DNA from: Anaeromyxobacteraceae bacterium
GTDB lineage: Bacteria; Myxococcota; Myxococcia; Myxococcales; Anaeromyxobacteraceae
Direction of reading: 5' to 3'
DNA: 64,000 nt
Assembly (NCBI GenBank): GCA_047602405.1
Contig: JASGHJ010000001.1
Location: 736,001 to 800,000 of the forward strand
Part shown: positions 30,306-42,604 of the stretch, in pieces
Layout: each line of letters opens with the position of its first letter
Position numbering within the stretch: position 1 is the stretch's first letter
Notes under the pieces: model-generated
Seen by the model: only the letters and a program-made list of their open reading frames with translations
The model's database searches: none
Told to the model about the DNA's origin: nothing
Position numbers and translations under genes: made by a program

Positions 30306-31730
30306 CTAGAGCTTCACCATCACGTGCCGGACCGCGGTGTAGTCCTCGAGCGCGTACGCCGAGAGGTCCTTGCCGTAGCCGGACTGCTTCACGCCGCCGT
30401 GCGGCATCTCCGAGACCAGCATGAAGTGCGTGTTGATCCAGGTCGCGCCGTACTGCAGCTGGGAAGCGACGGTCATGGCGCGCGACACGTCCTTCGTCCA
30501 GACGGAGGACGAGAGGCCGTAGTCGGAGTCGTTCGCCCACGCGATCGCCTGGTCGACGTCGTCGAACGGGGTCACGGTGACCACCGGGCCGAAGACCTCC
30601 TTCTTCACGATCTCGTCGTCCTGCCGCGCGCCGGCGACCACCGTCGGCTCGAAGAAGAAGCCCGCGCCGGCGCGAGGCTTCCCGCCGGCGGCGATGGTGA
30701 CGTGCTTCTGCGCGGCGGCGCGGTCGACGAAGCCCTTCACGCGGTCGCGGTGCGCGGCGGTGATGAGCGGGCCCATCTCGACGCCGGCCTCCTCCTGCGC
30801 GCCGACCTTGAGGCTCTTCGCGGCGCCGGAGAGGTCCGCCACGAGCTTCTCGTAGATCTTCTTCCCCGCGTAGACGCGGCAGGCGGCGGTGCAGTCCTGG
30901 CCGGCGTTGTAGAAGGAGAACGCGCGCAGGCCGCCCACCACCTGCTCGAGGTCCGCGTCGTCGAAGACGATCACCGGCGCCTTCCCGCCGAGCTCGAGGT
31001 GGGTGCGCATCAGCGACTTCGCGGCCTGCTCGAGGATCTTCTGGCCCGAGCCGATGGAGCCGGTGAGCGAGACCATCCGCACCTGCGGCTGCGAGACGAG
31101 CCCCGCGCCGACCGAGGGGCCGCGGCCGCAGACCACGTTCACGACGCCCTTCGGGAAGATGCCGTTCATGAGCTCGGCGAGCGCGAGGGTCGTGAGCGGG
31201 GTCTGCTCGGAGGGCTTCAGCACGACGGTGTTGCCCGCCGCGAGCGCCGGCCCGAGCTTCCAGGCCGCCATCATGAGCGGGTAGTTCCACGGCGCGATCG
31301 AGGCGACGACGCCCAGCGGATCGCGGCGGATCATGCTCGTGAAGCCGGGCGTGTACTCGCCGGCGACCGCGCCGGTCATGCTGCGGCAGGCGCCCGCGAA
31401 GAAGCGGAACACGTCGACGATGGCCGGGATCTCGTCGTTGAGCGCCGCCGGGGCGGGCTTGCCGGTGTTCCTCGACTCGAGCTTCGCGAGGTCGGCGCCC
31501 TTCTGCTCGATGGCGTCGGCGAGCCTGAGGAGGAGCGCGGCACGGTCGCGCGGCACGGTGCGGCTCCAGGCCGGGAACGCGGCGTCGGCGGCGCGCACGG
31601 CGGCGGCGACCTGCGCGGGCGAGGCCTCGTTGACCTCGCAGAGGACGGCGCCGGCGGCCGGGTCCAGGATCTTCTCGGCCGGGCCCTCGCCTTGCACGAG
31701 CTCACCGCCGATGAGGCACTTCAGGTTCAT
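30306..31730 (-). CDS. patD: gamma-aminobutyraldehyde dehydrogenase (PatD/YdcW)
   Basis: [64 protein letters not shown]. Confidence 0.92.
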   Translation of the reverse strand: MNLKCLIGGELVQGEGPAEKILDPAAGAVLCEVNEASPAQVAAAVRAADAAFPAWSRTVPRDRAALLLRLADAIEQKGADLAKLESRNTGKPAPAALNDEIPAIVDVFRFFAGACRSMTGAVAGEYTPGFTSMIRRDPLGVVASIAPWNYPLMMAAWKLGPALAAGNTVVLKPSEQTPLTTLALAELMNGIFPKGVVNVVCGRGPSVGAGLVSQPQVRMVSLTGSIGSGQKILEQAAKSLMRTHLELGGKAPVIVFDDADLEQVVGGLRAFSFYNAGQDCTAACRVYAGKKIYEKLVADLSGAAKSLKVGAQEEAGVEMGPLITAAHRDRVKGFVDRAAAQKHVTIAAGGKPRAGAGFFFEPTVVAGARQDDEIVKKEVFGPVVTVTPFDDVDQAIAWANDSDYGLSSSVWTKDVSRAMTVASQLQYGATWINTHFMLVSEMPHGGVKQSGYGKDLSAYALEDYTAVRHVMVKL

Positions 31731-31737
31731 GGTCCCT

Positions 31738-31786
31738 CCTTCGACTTCGGCCCGCCTTCGGCGGGCCTACGCTCAGGATGAGCGGA
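31738..31786. repeat. REP-like palindrome, subfamily A
   Basis: ccttcgacttcg-gcccgcc/ggcgggc-ctacgctcaggatgagcgga. Confidence 0.8.
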
Positions 31787-33253
31787 CTACTGGACCCCGC
31801 CGATGCAGAGGTACTTGACGACCACGTACTCCTCGATGCCGTACTTCGACCCCTCGCGGCCCACGCCCGACTCCTTCACGCCGCCGAACGGCGCGATCGC
31901 GGTCGAGATGAGGCCGGTGTTGAGGCCGACCATCCCGTACTCGAGCCGCTCCGAGACCCGGAACGCCCGCGCGAGGTCGCGGGTGTAGAAGTAGGACGCG
32001 AGGCCGAACTCGGTGTCGTTCGCGAGCCGGACCGCCTCGTCCTCGGTCTCGAACCGGTAGAGCGGCGCGAGCGGGCCGAAGGTCTCCTCGCGGGAGACCA
32101 TCATCTCCTTCGTGGCGCCGGTGAGGACGGTCGGCTGGAAGAAGGTGCCGCCGAGCGCGTGGCGCTGGCCGCCGGTGACCACCTTCGCGCCCTTCGCGAC
32201 GGCGTCGGCGATGTGCTCCTCCACCTTCTTCACCGCGGCCTCGTCGATGAGCGGGCCCTGCTGCGTCTCCGCCGCGAGGCCGTCGCCCACCTTGAGCTTC
32301 GCGACCGCGTCGGCGAGCTTCCTCGCGAAGGCCTCGTAGACGCCGGCCTGCACGAGGAGGCGGTTCGTGCAGACGCAGGTCTGGCCGCTGTTCCGGTACT
32401 TCGACTGGATCGCGCCCACGACCGCGGCGTCGAGGTCGGCGTCGTCGAACACGATGAACGGCGCGTTGCCGCCGAGCTCGAGGGAGACCTTCTTCACGGT
32501 CCCCGCGCACTGGGCCATGAGCTTCTTGCCGACCTCGGTGGACCCCGTGAAGGAGATCTTCCGGACGATGGGGTTCGTGGTGAGCTCGGTGCCGATGGCG
32601 CCGGAGTCGCCGGTGACGACGTTGAAGACGCCGGGCGGCAGCCCCGCGCGCTCGCCGAGCTCGGCCAGCGCCAGCGCCGAGAACGGCGTCGCCGAGGCGG
32701 GCTTCAGCACCACCGTGCAGCCGGCGGCGAGCGCCGGACCGGCCTTGCGGGTGATCATCGCCGAGGGGAAGTTCCAGGGCGTGATGGCCGCGACGACGCC
32801 GATCGGCTCCTTCGTGACGAGGATCCGCTTGTCGGCCTGGTGGCCCGGGATGATGTCGCCGTAGAGCCGCCGCGCCTCCTCGCTGAACCACTCGATGAAG
32901 GACGCCGAGTAGGCGATCTCGCCGCGCGACTCGGTCATGGGCTTGCCCTGCTCGGCGGTCATCAGCGTCGCGAGGTCCTCCTGGTTCGCCATCAGGAGGT
33001 CGAACCAGCGGCGGAGGATGGTCGCGCGCTCGGCGGCGGTCTTCGCGCGCCACGCCGGCAGCGCGTCCTCGGCCGCCTCGATCGCCTCGCGGGCCGCGTC
33101 GGCGCCCATGCGCGGGACCGTGCCGATGACCGCGCCGGTCGCGGGGTTCTTCACCTGGATGGTGCGCCCGTCCGGCGCGTCCACCCAGGCGCCGCGGATG
33201 TAGCAGCGCTGCCGCAGAAGGAAGTCGTCCTTCAGAGGAACGGCCGATGCCAT
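31787..33253 (-). CDS. gabD: NAD(P)-dependent succinate-semialdehyde dehydrogenase
   Basis: AITPWNFPSAMITRK, ELGGNAPFIVF, KYRNSGQTCVC, EETFGP, GREGSKYG. Confidence 0.94.
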   Translation of the reverse strand: MASAVPLKDDFLLRQRCYIRGAWVDAPDGRTIQVKNPATGAVIGTVPRMGADAAREAIEAAEDALPAWRAKTAAERATILRRWFDLLMANQEDLATLMTAEQGKPMTESRGEIAYSASFIEWFSEEARRLYGDIIPGHQADKRILVTKEPIGVVAAITPWNFPSAMITRKAGPALAAGCTVVLKPASATPFSALALAELGERAGLPPGVFNVVTGDSGAIGTELTTNPIVRKISFTGSTEVGKKLMAQCAGTVKKVSLELGGNAPFIVFDDADLDAAVVGAIQSKYRNSGQTCVCTNRLLVQAGVYEAFARKLADAVAKLKVGDGLAAETQQGPLIDEAAVKKVEEHIADAVAKGAKVVTGGQRHALGGTFFQPTVLTGATKEMMVSREETFGPLAPLYRFETEDEAVRLANDTEFGLASYFYTRDLARAFRVSERLEYGMVGLNTGLISTAIAPFGGVKESGVGREGSKYGIEEYVVVKYLCIGGVQ

Positions 33254-33268
33254 AGGTCTGCTCCTTTG

Positions 33269-33284
33269 AGCGAGAACCATGCCA
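33269..33284 (-). promoter_or_regulatory. Candidate sigma54 promoter of the gabD-patD-gabT-pot operon
   Basis: TGGCATGGTTCTCGCT with correct spacing, but very close to the ATG; a single ATGC-N6-GCAT at 33494-33507. Confidence 0.55.
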
Positions 33285-33511
33285 TGCGCACCGCCGCGCC
33301 CCGGCGCACGCGGCGGGGCGCCAGGGCCGCCGGACGGACGGGCGCTGCGCGGGTGCCGGACACGGCTCGCGCGCCCGCAACGTGCCGCGAACGCGCCCGG
33401 ATCCGGGGCGCGGCGACGCTCGGTCCGGGAGCGGTGCACGGATCGGCGGCGGCTGCTCGCGGGGCGGGCGATCGGAGAGCGACGCGGAGAGCCATGCGCG
33501 CGTGCATGAGC

Positions 33512-33562
33512 TCCTTCGACTCCGTTCATCCTGAGCCTGTCGAAGGACTCGGGATGAACGGA
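33512..33562. repeat. Interleaved REP-like palindrome, subfamily A
   Basis: tccttcgac-tccgttcatcctgag-cctgtcgaagga-ctcgggatgaacgga. Confidence 0.7.
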
Positions 33563-33608
33563 CCGGGGTGTGGCGAGCGAGGGGGCCCCGCGCGGGTTCA
33601 GGAGAACC

Positions 33609-35381
<1,773 letters not shown>

Positions 35382-35391
35382 ATGCGCATCT

Positions 35392-35424
35392 ATGCAGAGG
35401 CGCATGAGGGAGGCAAGCGTGCAT
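35392..35424 (+). promoter_or_regulatory. Tandem enhancer (UAS) for the sigma54 activator
   Basis: ATGC-agaggc-GCAT-gaggg-AGGC-aagcgt-GCAT, 96 nt upstream of the promoter. Confidence 0.65.
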
Positions 35425-35520
35425 GAGCCCGAGCGGCCGGCCGGCGCTGCTCGGGCCAGGAGCACCTGTGTGCACAGGGTGATGGACGATGCGGACTTAC
35501 ACCCACACGGGCACTCTCGA

Positions 35521-35536
35521 TGGCACGAACGGTGCT
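35521..35536 (+). promoter_or_regulatory. sigma54 -24/-12 promoter
   Basis: TGGCACGAACGGTGCT, divergent from the bEBP gene. Confidence 0.78.
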
Positions 35537-35549
35537 CGGGACGGGGCCC

Positions 35550-36914
35550 GTGAACGCTCCCGCTGCCATCGACCGCACGAAGCTCGCCGCCGCCCTCGAG
35601 ACCGAGCTCTCGCGGTTCCGGGCGGAGCACCCGCGGTCGGCGGCGCTGTTCGCGCGGGCGAAGGCGCACCTCCACGACGGCGTGCCGATGAGCTGGATGA
35701 TCCGGTGGGCCGGCGCGTTTCCGCTCTTCGTGGAGCGCGCCCAGGGCGCGCGCTTCCACGACGTGGACGGGAAGGAGTACGTCGACCTCTGCCTCGGCGA
35801 CACCGGCGCGATGACCGGCCACGCGCCGCCCGCCTCGATCGCCGCCATCAAGGCGCAGCTCGACCGCGGCCTCACCTTCATGCTGCCGACCGAGGACGCC
35901 CTCGCGGTCTCCTCCGAGCTCTCGCGCCGCTTCGGCCTGCCGCTCTGGCAGGCGGCGATGACGGCGACCGACGCGAACCGGTTCGTCATCCGCATCGCCC
36001 GCGAGATCACGCGGCGGCCGAAGATCCTCGTCTTCAACTGGTGCTACCACGGCACCGTCGACGAGACGTTCGCGACGCTCCGCCCGGACGGCACCGTCGG
36101 CCCGCGCGCCGGCAACGTGGGCCCGCCGGTCGATCCGGCGGTCACCACCCGGGTGGTCGAGTTCAACGACGTCGCCGCGCTCGAGCGCGAGCTCGCGAAG
36201 GGCGACGTCGCCTGCGTGCTCGCCGAGCCGGCGATGACGAACATCGGCATCGTGCTGCCCGACCCGGGCTTCCACGAGGCGCTGCGCGCGCTGACGCGGA
36301 GGCACGGCACCCTCCTCGTCAACGACGAGACCCACACCATCTCCGCCGGCCCGGGCGGGGCGACCCGCGCCTGGAAGCTCGAGCCGGACCTCCTCACCAT
36401 CGGCAAGCCCCTCGCCTCCGGCGTCCCCGCCGCCGTCTTCGGCTTCACCGAGGAGGTCGCCCGGCGCTGGAAGGCGCGCACCGAGCTCGACCTCTCCGAC
36501 ACCGGCGGCATCGGCGGCACGCTCGCGGGCAACGCCCTCGCGCTCGCCGCGATGCGGGCGACCCTGACCCAGGTGCTCACCGAGGAGGCCTACGGGCGGA
36601 TGATCCCGCTCGCCGAGCGCTTCGCGGCGGGCGTCGAGGGCGTCATCGCCGAGCACGGGCTGCCGTGGATCGTGAAGCGGCTCGGCGCGCGCGCGGAGTA
36701 CTGGTTCCGCGCCACCGCCCCCCGGAACGGCGGCGAGGCGGCCGCGGCCATCGACGCCGAGCTCGACCGGTACATGCACCTCGCGGCGCTCAACCGCGGC
36801 ATCCTCATGACGCCGTTCCACAACATGGCGCTCATGTGCCCGGCGACCTCTGCGGCCGACGTGGACTTGCACACCGCCGTGTTTCGCGAGAGCGTGCGGG
36901 CGGTGCTGACGTGA
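35550..36914 (+). CDS. Class-III aminotransferase (GSA-aminomutase-like clade)
   Basis: GTG start; GVPMSWM, DLCLGDTGAMTGH, TATDANRF, CYHG, DETHT, IGKPLASG, GGTLAGN. Confidence 0.85.
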   Translation: MNAPAAIDRTKLAAALETELSRFRAEHPRSAALFARAKAHLHDGVPMSWMIRWAGAFPLFVERAQGARFHDVDGKEYVDLCLGDTGAMTGHAPPASIAAIKAQLDRGLTFMLPTEDALAVSSELSRRFGLPLWQAAMTATDANRFVIRIAREITRRPKILVFNWCYHGTVDETFATLRPDGTVGPRAGNVGPPVDPAVTTRVVEFNDVAALERELAKGDVACVLAEPAMTNIGIVLPDPGFHEALRALTRRHGTLLVNDETHTISAGPGGATRAWKLEPDLLTIGKPLASGVPAAVFGFTEEVARRWKARTELDLSDTGGIGGTLAGNALALAAMRATLTQVLTEEAYGRMIPLAERFAAGVEGVIAEHGLPWIVKRLGARAEYWFRATAPRNGGEAAAAIDAELDRYMHLAALNRGILMTPFHNMALMCPATSAADVDLHTAVFRESVRAVLT

Positions 36915-37055
36915 TCCCGAACGAGCACGCCCAACCGCCTCCCCGGCGCGCCTGATCCTCAGGCTCCACGGCCCTCGCGTCCTGCTTCGCGAAGCAGGGG
37001 CGAGGCGCCGGCCCCGCTGCAGCTTTCGTCACCCACACCACTCGAAGGGTCTCCC

Positions 37056-38403
37056 ATGTCCCAGGATCTCAAGGGCGCGCTCCAGCAGTCCACCCAGGTG
37101 ATGGACCTCATCGCGAAGCGGCACCTCGACGCCGCCGAGCGCGACCGCGTCGTCAAGGAGTCGGTGCAGTTCTGGAACGAGCACGTCAACGCCGGCTTCC
37201 TGCAGTACCGGAAGTCGGTCTCCACCGACTACACCGCGGTCGAGTGGGAGGACGAGGGCGCGGTGTTCCGCGACGTGAACGGCAAGGAGTTCATCGACAT
37301 GCTCGGTGGCTTCGGCATCTACGTCACGGGCCACCGGCACCCCAAGGTCCTGAAGGCGGTGATGGACCAGCTGCAGAAGCAGGCCATCCACTCGCAGGAG
37401 CTCATCGACCCGCTGCGCACCTACCTCGCGCGGCTCGTCGCGCAGATCACCCCGGGTGACCTCCAGTACTCGTTCTTCTCGAACTCCGGCACCGAGTCGA
37501 TCGAGGGCTGCCTCAAGATGGCGATCCTCACCACCGGGCGCCGGAAGCTCGTCGGCACCATCGGCGCCTTCCACGGCAAGTCGATGGGCTCGCTCGGCGG
37601 CACCTCGAAGGCGTTCTTCCGCGAGCCGTTCCTCCCGCTGCTCAACTGGATGCACGTGCCGTTCGGCGACGTGGCCGCGCTCGAGATGGTGCTCGCGAGC
37701 GGCGACTTCACCGGAGACCGCGTCGCCGCCGTCGTCATCGAGCCGATCCAGGGCGAGGGCGGCATCAACGTGGCGCCCCCGGGCTACCTCAAGGCCGCCC
37801 GCGAGCTCTGCGACAAGTTCGGCTCGATGCTGATCTTCGACGAGGTCCAGTCCGGCATGGCCCGCACCGGCAAGATGTTCGCGTGCGAGCACGACGGCGT
37901 GACGCCCGACCTCATGGCGCTCGGCAAGGGCTTCGGCGGCGGCGTGATGCCCATCGGCGCGGTCGTCGGCACGCCGAAGACCTGGCAGAAATACATCGAC
38001 AACCCGTTCCTCCACACGACGACCTTCGGCGGCAACCCGGTCGCGTGCGCGGCGGCGATCGCGACGATCCACGTCCTCCTCGAGGAGAACCTCGCCCAGG
38101 CGGCCGGCGAGAAGGGCGAGTACATGCTGAAGGCGATGAACGCCCTCGCCGCGAAGTACCCGAGCGTCATGAAGCTCGCCCGCGGCCGCGGCCTCATGAT
38201 CGGCATGGAGTTCACCGACAACGACCTCGGCTACCAGGTCGCGAAGGAGCTTCTTCGCGCGGCAGATCCTGATCTCCGGCACGTACATCAACGCCCGCGT
38301 GCTCCGCGTCGAGCCGTCGCTCACCATCGGCTACCCGCAGATCGACCAGTTCCTGTCGCGCCTCGAGGACAGCCTCAAGGCGGTCCAGGCGACGAAGAAG
38401 TAG
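37056..38403 (+). CDS. patA: Putrescine aminotransferase with a +1 frameshift at ~38251
   Basis: EHVNAGFLQYRKSV, LGGFG, SQELIDPLR, FLHTTTFGGNP; repair gives KELFARQILISGTYINARVLRVEP. Confidence 0.9.
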
Positions 38404-38426
38404 GCTTGAGGTCGCGAGGTTCACGG

Positions 38427-38456
38427 ACCGGCGGGTCGCACGAGCGGCCCGCCGGT
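38427..38456. terminator. Hairpin between convergent genes
   Basis: 13-bp stem accggcgggtcgc-acga-gcggcccgccggt; no clear U-tract. Confidence 0.4.
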
Positions 38457-38496
38457 GCTCGTTTCTGGGCGCCGCATGAGCGCGGCGTTCCAGCCG

Positions 38497-39408
38497 CTAG
38501 AGCGCCCAGCCCATGAACACCGTCGTCGTGTCGATGCCGCCCTTCACGTCGAAGAGCTCGGCCTTGCCGGCGTAGTACCGCACCCCGAGCTCGAAGCGCG
38601 AGCCGCCCGCGAGCGGCACGCCGACGCCGGCGCCGAGCTGGAGGACGGCCGCCTTCCCGGAGTCGCTGGCCCCGGTACCCAGGTACTGGCCGGAGAGGCC
38701 GACGAGGGACACGCCGCCGCCCACCACGACGTACGCCTCGAGCTTCGGGGACGGCGCGACGAGGCGCAGCCCGGCGAGGAGCGGCACGGAGTTGAACCTG
38801 ATCTCGACCCCGTGCTCGTCGGCGGACAGCCTCGACCAGCCCGCCGTCAGCTCGAGGGCGAGGTTGGGCGCGAGCGGGGTGACGATCCCGACCTCGAGGG
38901 CGAAGCCGGCGTCGAAGCCTTCGAGGTCGTCGTCGGCCGGGAGCGCGAACCCCCCTCGGGCGATGAAGCGCGTGCGGTCGGCCGACGCGGGCGGCGGCGG
39001 CGGGGCGAGCGCCCGCGGGGCCGCAGGCGGCGCGGTCGGGGCGCCGCTCGCGGCGGCGGGGACGGCGCTCACGGAAGGCGGCCGCGGGGCACCCTCCTCG
39101 AGGCCGACGTCGGAGGCGCGGACGTAGCCGGACTCGCCGGTCGGGACCTTCACGCGCACGAAGCCGCGCACGAGGCCAGGGACCAGGGCGACCTCCATGC
39201 CCGCCGGCACCGTCGCCCGGGCCTGGGCGAGCCCGTCGGGCCCGCCGCGCAGCACGGTGTCGGCGAGGATCCGCCCACGCTGCGTGAACCCGTCGACCGG
39301 CGCGGCCGCGGCCGGGGCGGCGGCGGGCAGGGCCCCGGGCGCCGGCTGGGCGAACGAGGCGAACGGTGCGGCGAGCAGCGCGAGTGCAGCGAGGCGTACG
39401 ACGGACAT
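38497..39408 (-). CDS. Outer-membrane beta-barrel protein with an N-terminal SH3b-like domain
   Basis: Signal peptide; LRGGP..GFVRVKVPTGESGYV; Pro/Ala linker; OmpA/OmpW-like strands. Confidence 0.65.
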   Translation of the reverse strand: MSVVRLAALALLAAPFASFAQPAPGALPAAAPAAAAPVDGFTQRGRILADTVLRGGPDGLAQARATVPAGMEVALVPGLVRGFVRVKVPTGESGYVRASDVGLEEGAPRPPSVSAVPAAASGAPTAPPAAPRALAPPPPPASADRTRFIARGGFALPADDDLEGFDAGFALEVGIVTPLAPNLALELTAGWSRLSADEHGVEIRFNSVPLLAGLRLVAPSPKLEAYVVVGGGVSLVGLSGQYLGTGASDSGKAAVLQLGAGVGVPLAGGSRFELGVRYYAGKAELFDVKGGIDTTTVFMGWAL

Positions 39409-39595
39409 GTGGAGCTCCCCCCGATGGTGAAGTGCGGCCCCCCGGCCGCCGCGGCAGGCTAACTTCACTCCCTGCAAAAGAGACGGGAGACCGCCTGCGC
39501 GGTTTGTCGCACGCCTCCGGCACGCCGACGTTGCTCCGGGAACACCCGCACGTTCGGTGTGGCCCCGGCGGGCGGACGGCGGTAGCGTCGCCGCC

Positions 39596-40285
39596 ATGCG
39601 CCCCTCCGCCCGGCTGGCGATCCTCGCGACCCTCGCCGTGCTCGCCGCGTGTGGGCCCGAGAAGCCGTACTACCGGGACGGAGAGTTCAGCCTCGGCGCG
39701 CGCGAGGTCGCGGTCCGAGCCGTGCCCGGCGGACCCTCCCCCGTCGAGACGGTCTCGATCACGATCGTGGGCAAGGACGTCATCGGGGCGAAGGTCGTCG
39801 AACGCTACGGCACGACGCGGCCGGCGTGGCTCGGCGCGGAGGTCGTGGGCACGGGGACGACGCCCTCGCTCGTCGTGACCCTCGGCACGGCGCTCGACCC
39901 CGGGACGTACCGTGGCAACGTGACCGTCGTGACCACCGATCGCGTGGGAGACGCGATCACCTCGCGGGACCTCTGGGTCACCTACACGGTGAAGGTTCCG
40001 GTCCGGTTCACGTCGCCGCCCCTGCAGTTCTCCGACTTCGTCGGGACGTCGCACACGCTCTTCGGGTCCCTGTACGTCCACGAGGAGGGCGTGGAGCCGT
40101 GGACGGTGTCCTCGGATGCAGCCTGGCTCACGGTCACGCGGAGCCCATCCGACTCGGCGTCCGTGACGGTCCGGACGGACGGCCTTCCCGTCGGCACGTA
40201 CGTCGGGCACGTCACGCTCACGGGAGCGCTGCCCGGCGAGACGGACGTCTCGCCCGTCGAGCTCACGATCTCGAACATGCCCTGA
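39596..40285 (+). CDS. Lipoprotein with BACON/Ig-like domains
   Basis: Lipobox LAAC; PAWL, WTVSSDAAWLTV, GTYxGxVT repeated twice. Confidence 0.65.
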   Translation: MRPSARLAILATLAVLAACGPEKPYYRDGEFSLGAREVAVRAVPGGPSPVETVSITIVGKDVIGAKVVERYGTTRPAWLGAEVVGTGTTPSLVVTLGTALDPGTYRGNVTVVTTDRVGDAITSRDLWVTYTVKVPVRFTSPPLQFSDFVGTSHTLFGSLYVHEEGVEPWTVSSDAAWLTVTRSPSDSASVTVRTDGLPVGTYVGHVTLTGALPGETDVSPVELTISNMP

Positions 40286-40294
40286 GGTGGCCGC

Positions 40295-41116
40295 TCAGGG
40301 CTCGCCCGGCTTCTGCCCCGGCGCCGCGAGGAACTCGACCCCGTCCGCCTGGATCCGCCACCGTCCAGCGCCGTCGTCGAGCACGAGCCCGTTCCGGTGC
40401 AGGAGCGCCGCGTAGACGTGCACCTCCCGCGGGCACGCCGTGGGGTCCTTCGCGTACGCGAACCCCGACTTCACCCGCGTCGTCGCGCAGAGCGCCGAGA
40501 GCGCGCGGTCGGCCACGACGCGCGCGCCGTCCGGCGAGACCGTGCGCAGCACGTGGCCCCCGAGGACCCACTCCTCCTCCTCGCCGCGCGCGAGCAGGTA
40601 CACCTGCCAGTCATCCTCGCCGACCGTGGCGCCCGGCAGGATGGCGACCGCGTAGTCGTCGGTGCAGGCCTTCACGGCCTGGGCGGTCGCGCGCTCGTGG
40701 ATCTCGAGGAACAATGCGGTCTCGGGGTCGAGCTTGCCCGGCGGGTCGACCACCATGAGCCGGGCGGCCTCGGGCGCCGTGCGCTCGAAGGCCACGCGAA
40801 ACGCTTCGTAGGGCGCACCCTGCGCGTCGCGGGCGAGCTCGTGGACGACCCAGCCGCGGCCGTCGTTCGTGACGATCGACGCGACGAGCGCCTTCGTGGA
40901 CAGGCCGGAGTGCACGAGCGCGGCGACGGCCCAGCGCTGCAACATGTCCTGCAGCGCGAGCTGTCGGCCGACGGCGACCGCCCGGCGGACGGGCTCGCGG
41001 CACGCCTCGGGCCAGACCTGCCCGGCGAGGCCGGAGACGTCGGGCGCCGCGGGCCGGGAGGTCGCGCACGCCGCGAGGAGCGCGCCGAGCGCGGCCGGGA
41101 GGAGCGCGCGCCTCAC
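40295..41116 (-). CDS. Hypothetical lipoprotein
   Basis: GTG overlapping the upstream stop; RRALLPAALGALLAAC lipobox. Confidence 0.6.
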   Translation of the reverse strand: MRRALLPAALGALLAACATSRPAAPDVSGLAGQVWPEACREPVRRAVAVGRQLALQDMLQRWAVAALVHSGLSTKALVASIVTNDGRGWVVHELARDAQGAPYEAFRVAFERTAPEAARLMVVDPPGKLDPETALFLEIHERATAQAVKACTDDYAVAILPGATVGEDDWQVYLLARGEEEEWVLGGHVLRTVSPDGARVVADRALSALCATTRVKSGFAYAKDPTACPREVHVYAALLHRNGLVLDDGAGRWRIQADGVEFLAAPGQKPGEP

Positions 41117-42585
41117 GCGGCCCACCAGCGGCCGGCGTCCGTCCGGGCCTTTCCCTCGTCGCAGAGCTTCTCGAGCACCGCGAGGCAGCTCCGCTCGGCC
41201 ACCGGGTGGACCACGGCGGACGTGTCGGCGTAGGCGCGGGCGGTCAGCTCGGCGAGCGTGCCGCCGCCGGCGAGCAGCGCATCCTGCACGAGCCCCTCGC
41301 GGCCGCGGCGGTGTGCCCGGAACTTCGCGAGCGCGGCCGGCGCGTCGGGCGCCGGCGGGCCGTGGGCCGGGTAGAGCGTGCGCGGGCCGAGCGCGCGGAG
41401 CCGCTCGAGCTGGCGCTCGTACTCGGCCATGTCGCCCTCGGGCGGGTCGATCACGATGGTGGAGAGGGTCGAGATCATGTCGCCCGCGACGAGCGCGCCG
41501 GTGTCCTCGTCGAGGAAGCAGAGGTGCTCGCGCGCGTGGCCGGGCGTGTGGAGCGCGCGGAAGCGCCCGCCGAGGAGGTCGCCGTCGCGGACGGGGGCGA
41601 TCGGCACCGGGACCCGATCCTGCGCGAGCGGGTGCGCGCGGATGGGCACCTTCCGGCTCCGCGCGAGCGCCGCCACGCCACCGACGTGGTCCGGGTGCGC
41701 GTGCGTGAGCCAGAGCTCGCGCACGGGCTTCTCGAGCACGTCGAGCCAGGCGTCGAACGCGGCCTGCTCGCCCGGGTCCGGCGAGCCGGGGTCCACCACC
41801 GCGACCCCGTCGCCGCAGGGGAGCACCCAGGCGTTCGTGTGCGTCGCGGGTGGGAGCGTCGGCGTGCGGAGCGCGGCCTGGAAGAAGCCCTCCTGGTACT
41901 CCACCCGGTTCGTGGCGGCGGTCGGCGGCGCGCGGAGCGCCGCGAGGTCGAGCGGCCCCTCGCGCGCGACGACGCGGACGCCGTGCAGGTTGGGCGGGTA
42001 GAGCAGCACCTCGCCGCGCGACCAGCGCCGGAGCGCGTCGCGCGCGACGAACATCGCGCCGCCCGCGAGCTCGCCGGGCCAGACCTCCGGCGTCTCGCCG
42101 TCGGGCAGGCGCACCGCGAAGAGGCGCGCGTCGTAGCGGAGCGGGAGGAACTCGGGCGTCACCCACCGGCCGGCCAGCTCGAACGGCGCCGCCTCGAGCG
42201 AGAGCCCGAGCCGGTCGAGCGCGCCGGGCAGGCCGACCTCGCCGGAGAGGAGCGCGGCGCGCACCTCGTCGCGGAGCACGCGCGGGACCTTCGCCGCGCC
42301 GCGCGCGACGAGCACGCCGGTCTCCTCGAAGAGCTCGCGCGCCGCGCAGGCGACGAGGCGGGCCGCCTCGCCCGTCGCGCCGGCCACGACCACGGCGTCA
42401 TCGTCGGGATCCAGGCGCCCGCCCGGGAAGGCGTGGAAGCCCCCGGCGAAGCGCCGCTCCGCGCCGCGGCGAACGAGGAGGAGCTCGCGGCCGGCCGGCC
42501 CGTCGCGCCAGAGGATCACCGCCGTCGCGAGGACGGGTCCCGGCGGCGGGGGCGCCGGGGGGAGTCCGGGGAAGGTGGCGGACAT
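41113..42585 (-). CDS. NUDIX + metallo-beta-lactamase-fold (LACTB2-like) fusion hydrolase
   Basis: FPGG..AARELFEETG; THAHPDH, TPGH, GDM, PAHG; winged-helix-like tail. Confidence 0.85.
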   Translation of the reverse strand: MSATFPGLPPAPPPPGPVLATAVILWRDGPAGRELLLVRRGAERRFAGGFHAFPGGRLDPDDDAVVVAGATGEAARLVACAARELFEETGVLVARGAAKVPRVLRDEVRAALLSGEVGLPGALDRLGLSLEAAPFELAGRWVTPEFLPLRYDARLFAVRLPDGETPEVWPGELAGGAMFVARDALRRWSRGEVLLYPPNLHGVRVVAREGPLDLAALRAPPTAATNRVEYQEGFFQAALRTPTLPPATHTNAWVLPCGDGVAVVDPGSPDPGEQAAFDAWLDVLEKPVRELWLTHAHPDHVGGVAALARSRKVPIRAHPLAQDRVPVPIAPVRDGDLLGGRFRALHTPGHAREHLCFLDEDTGALVAGDMISTLSTIVIDPPEGDMAEYERQLERLRALGPRTLYPAHGPPAPDAPAALAKFRAHRRGREGLVQDALLAGGGTLAELTARAYADTSAVVHPVAERSCLAVLEKLCDEGKARTDAGRWWAA

Positions 42586-42604
42586 GCCGTGATTCTAGCG
42601 CGTG

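Noticed and set aside
39409..39595. Riboswitch in the divergent intergenic region
   Set aside because: No recognisable aptamer consensus found by eye
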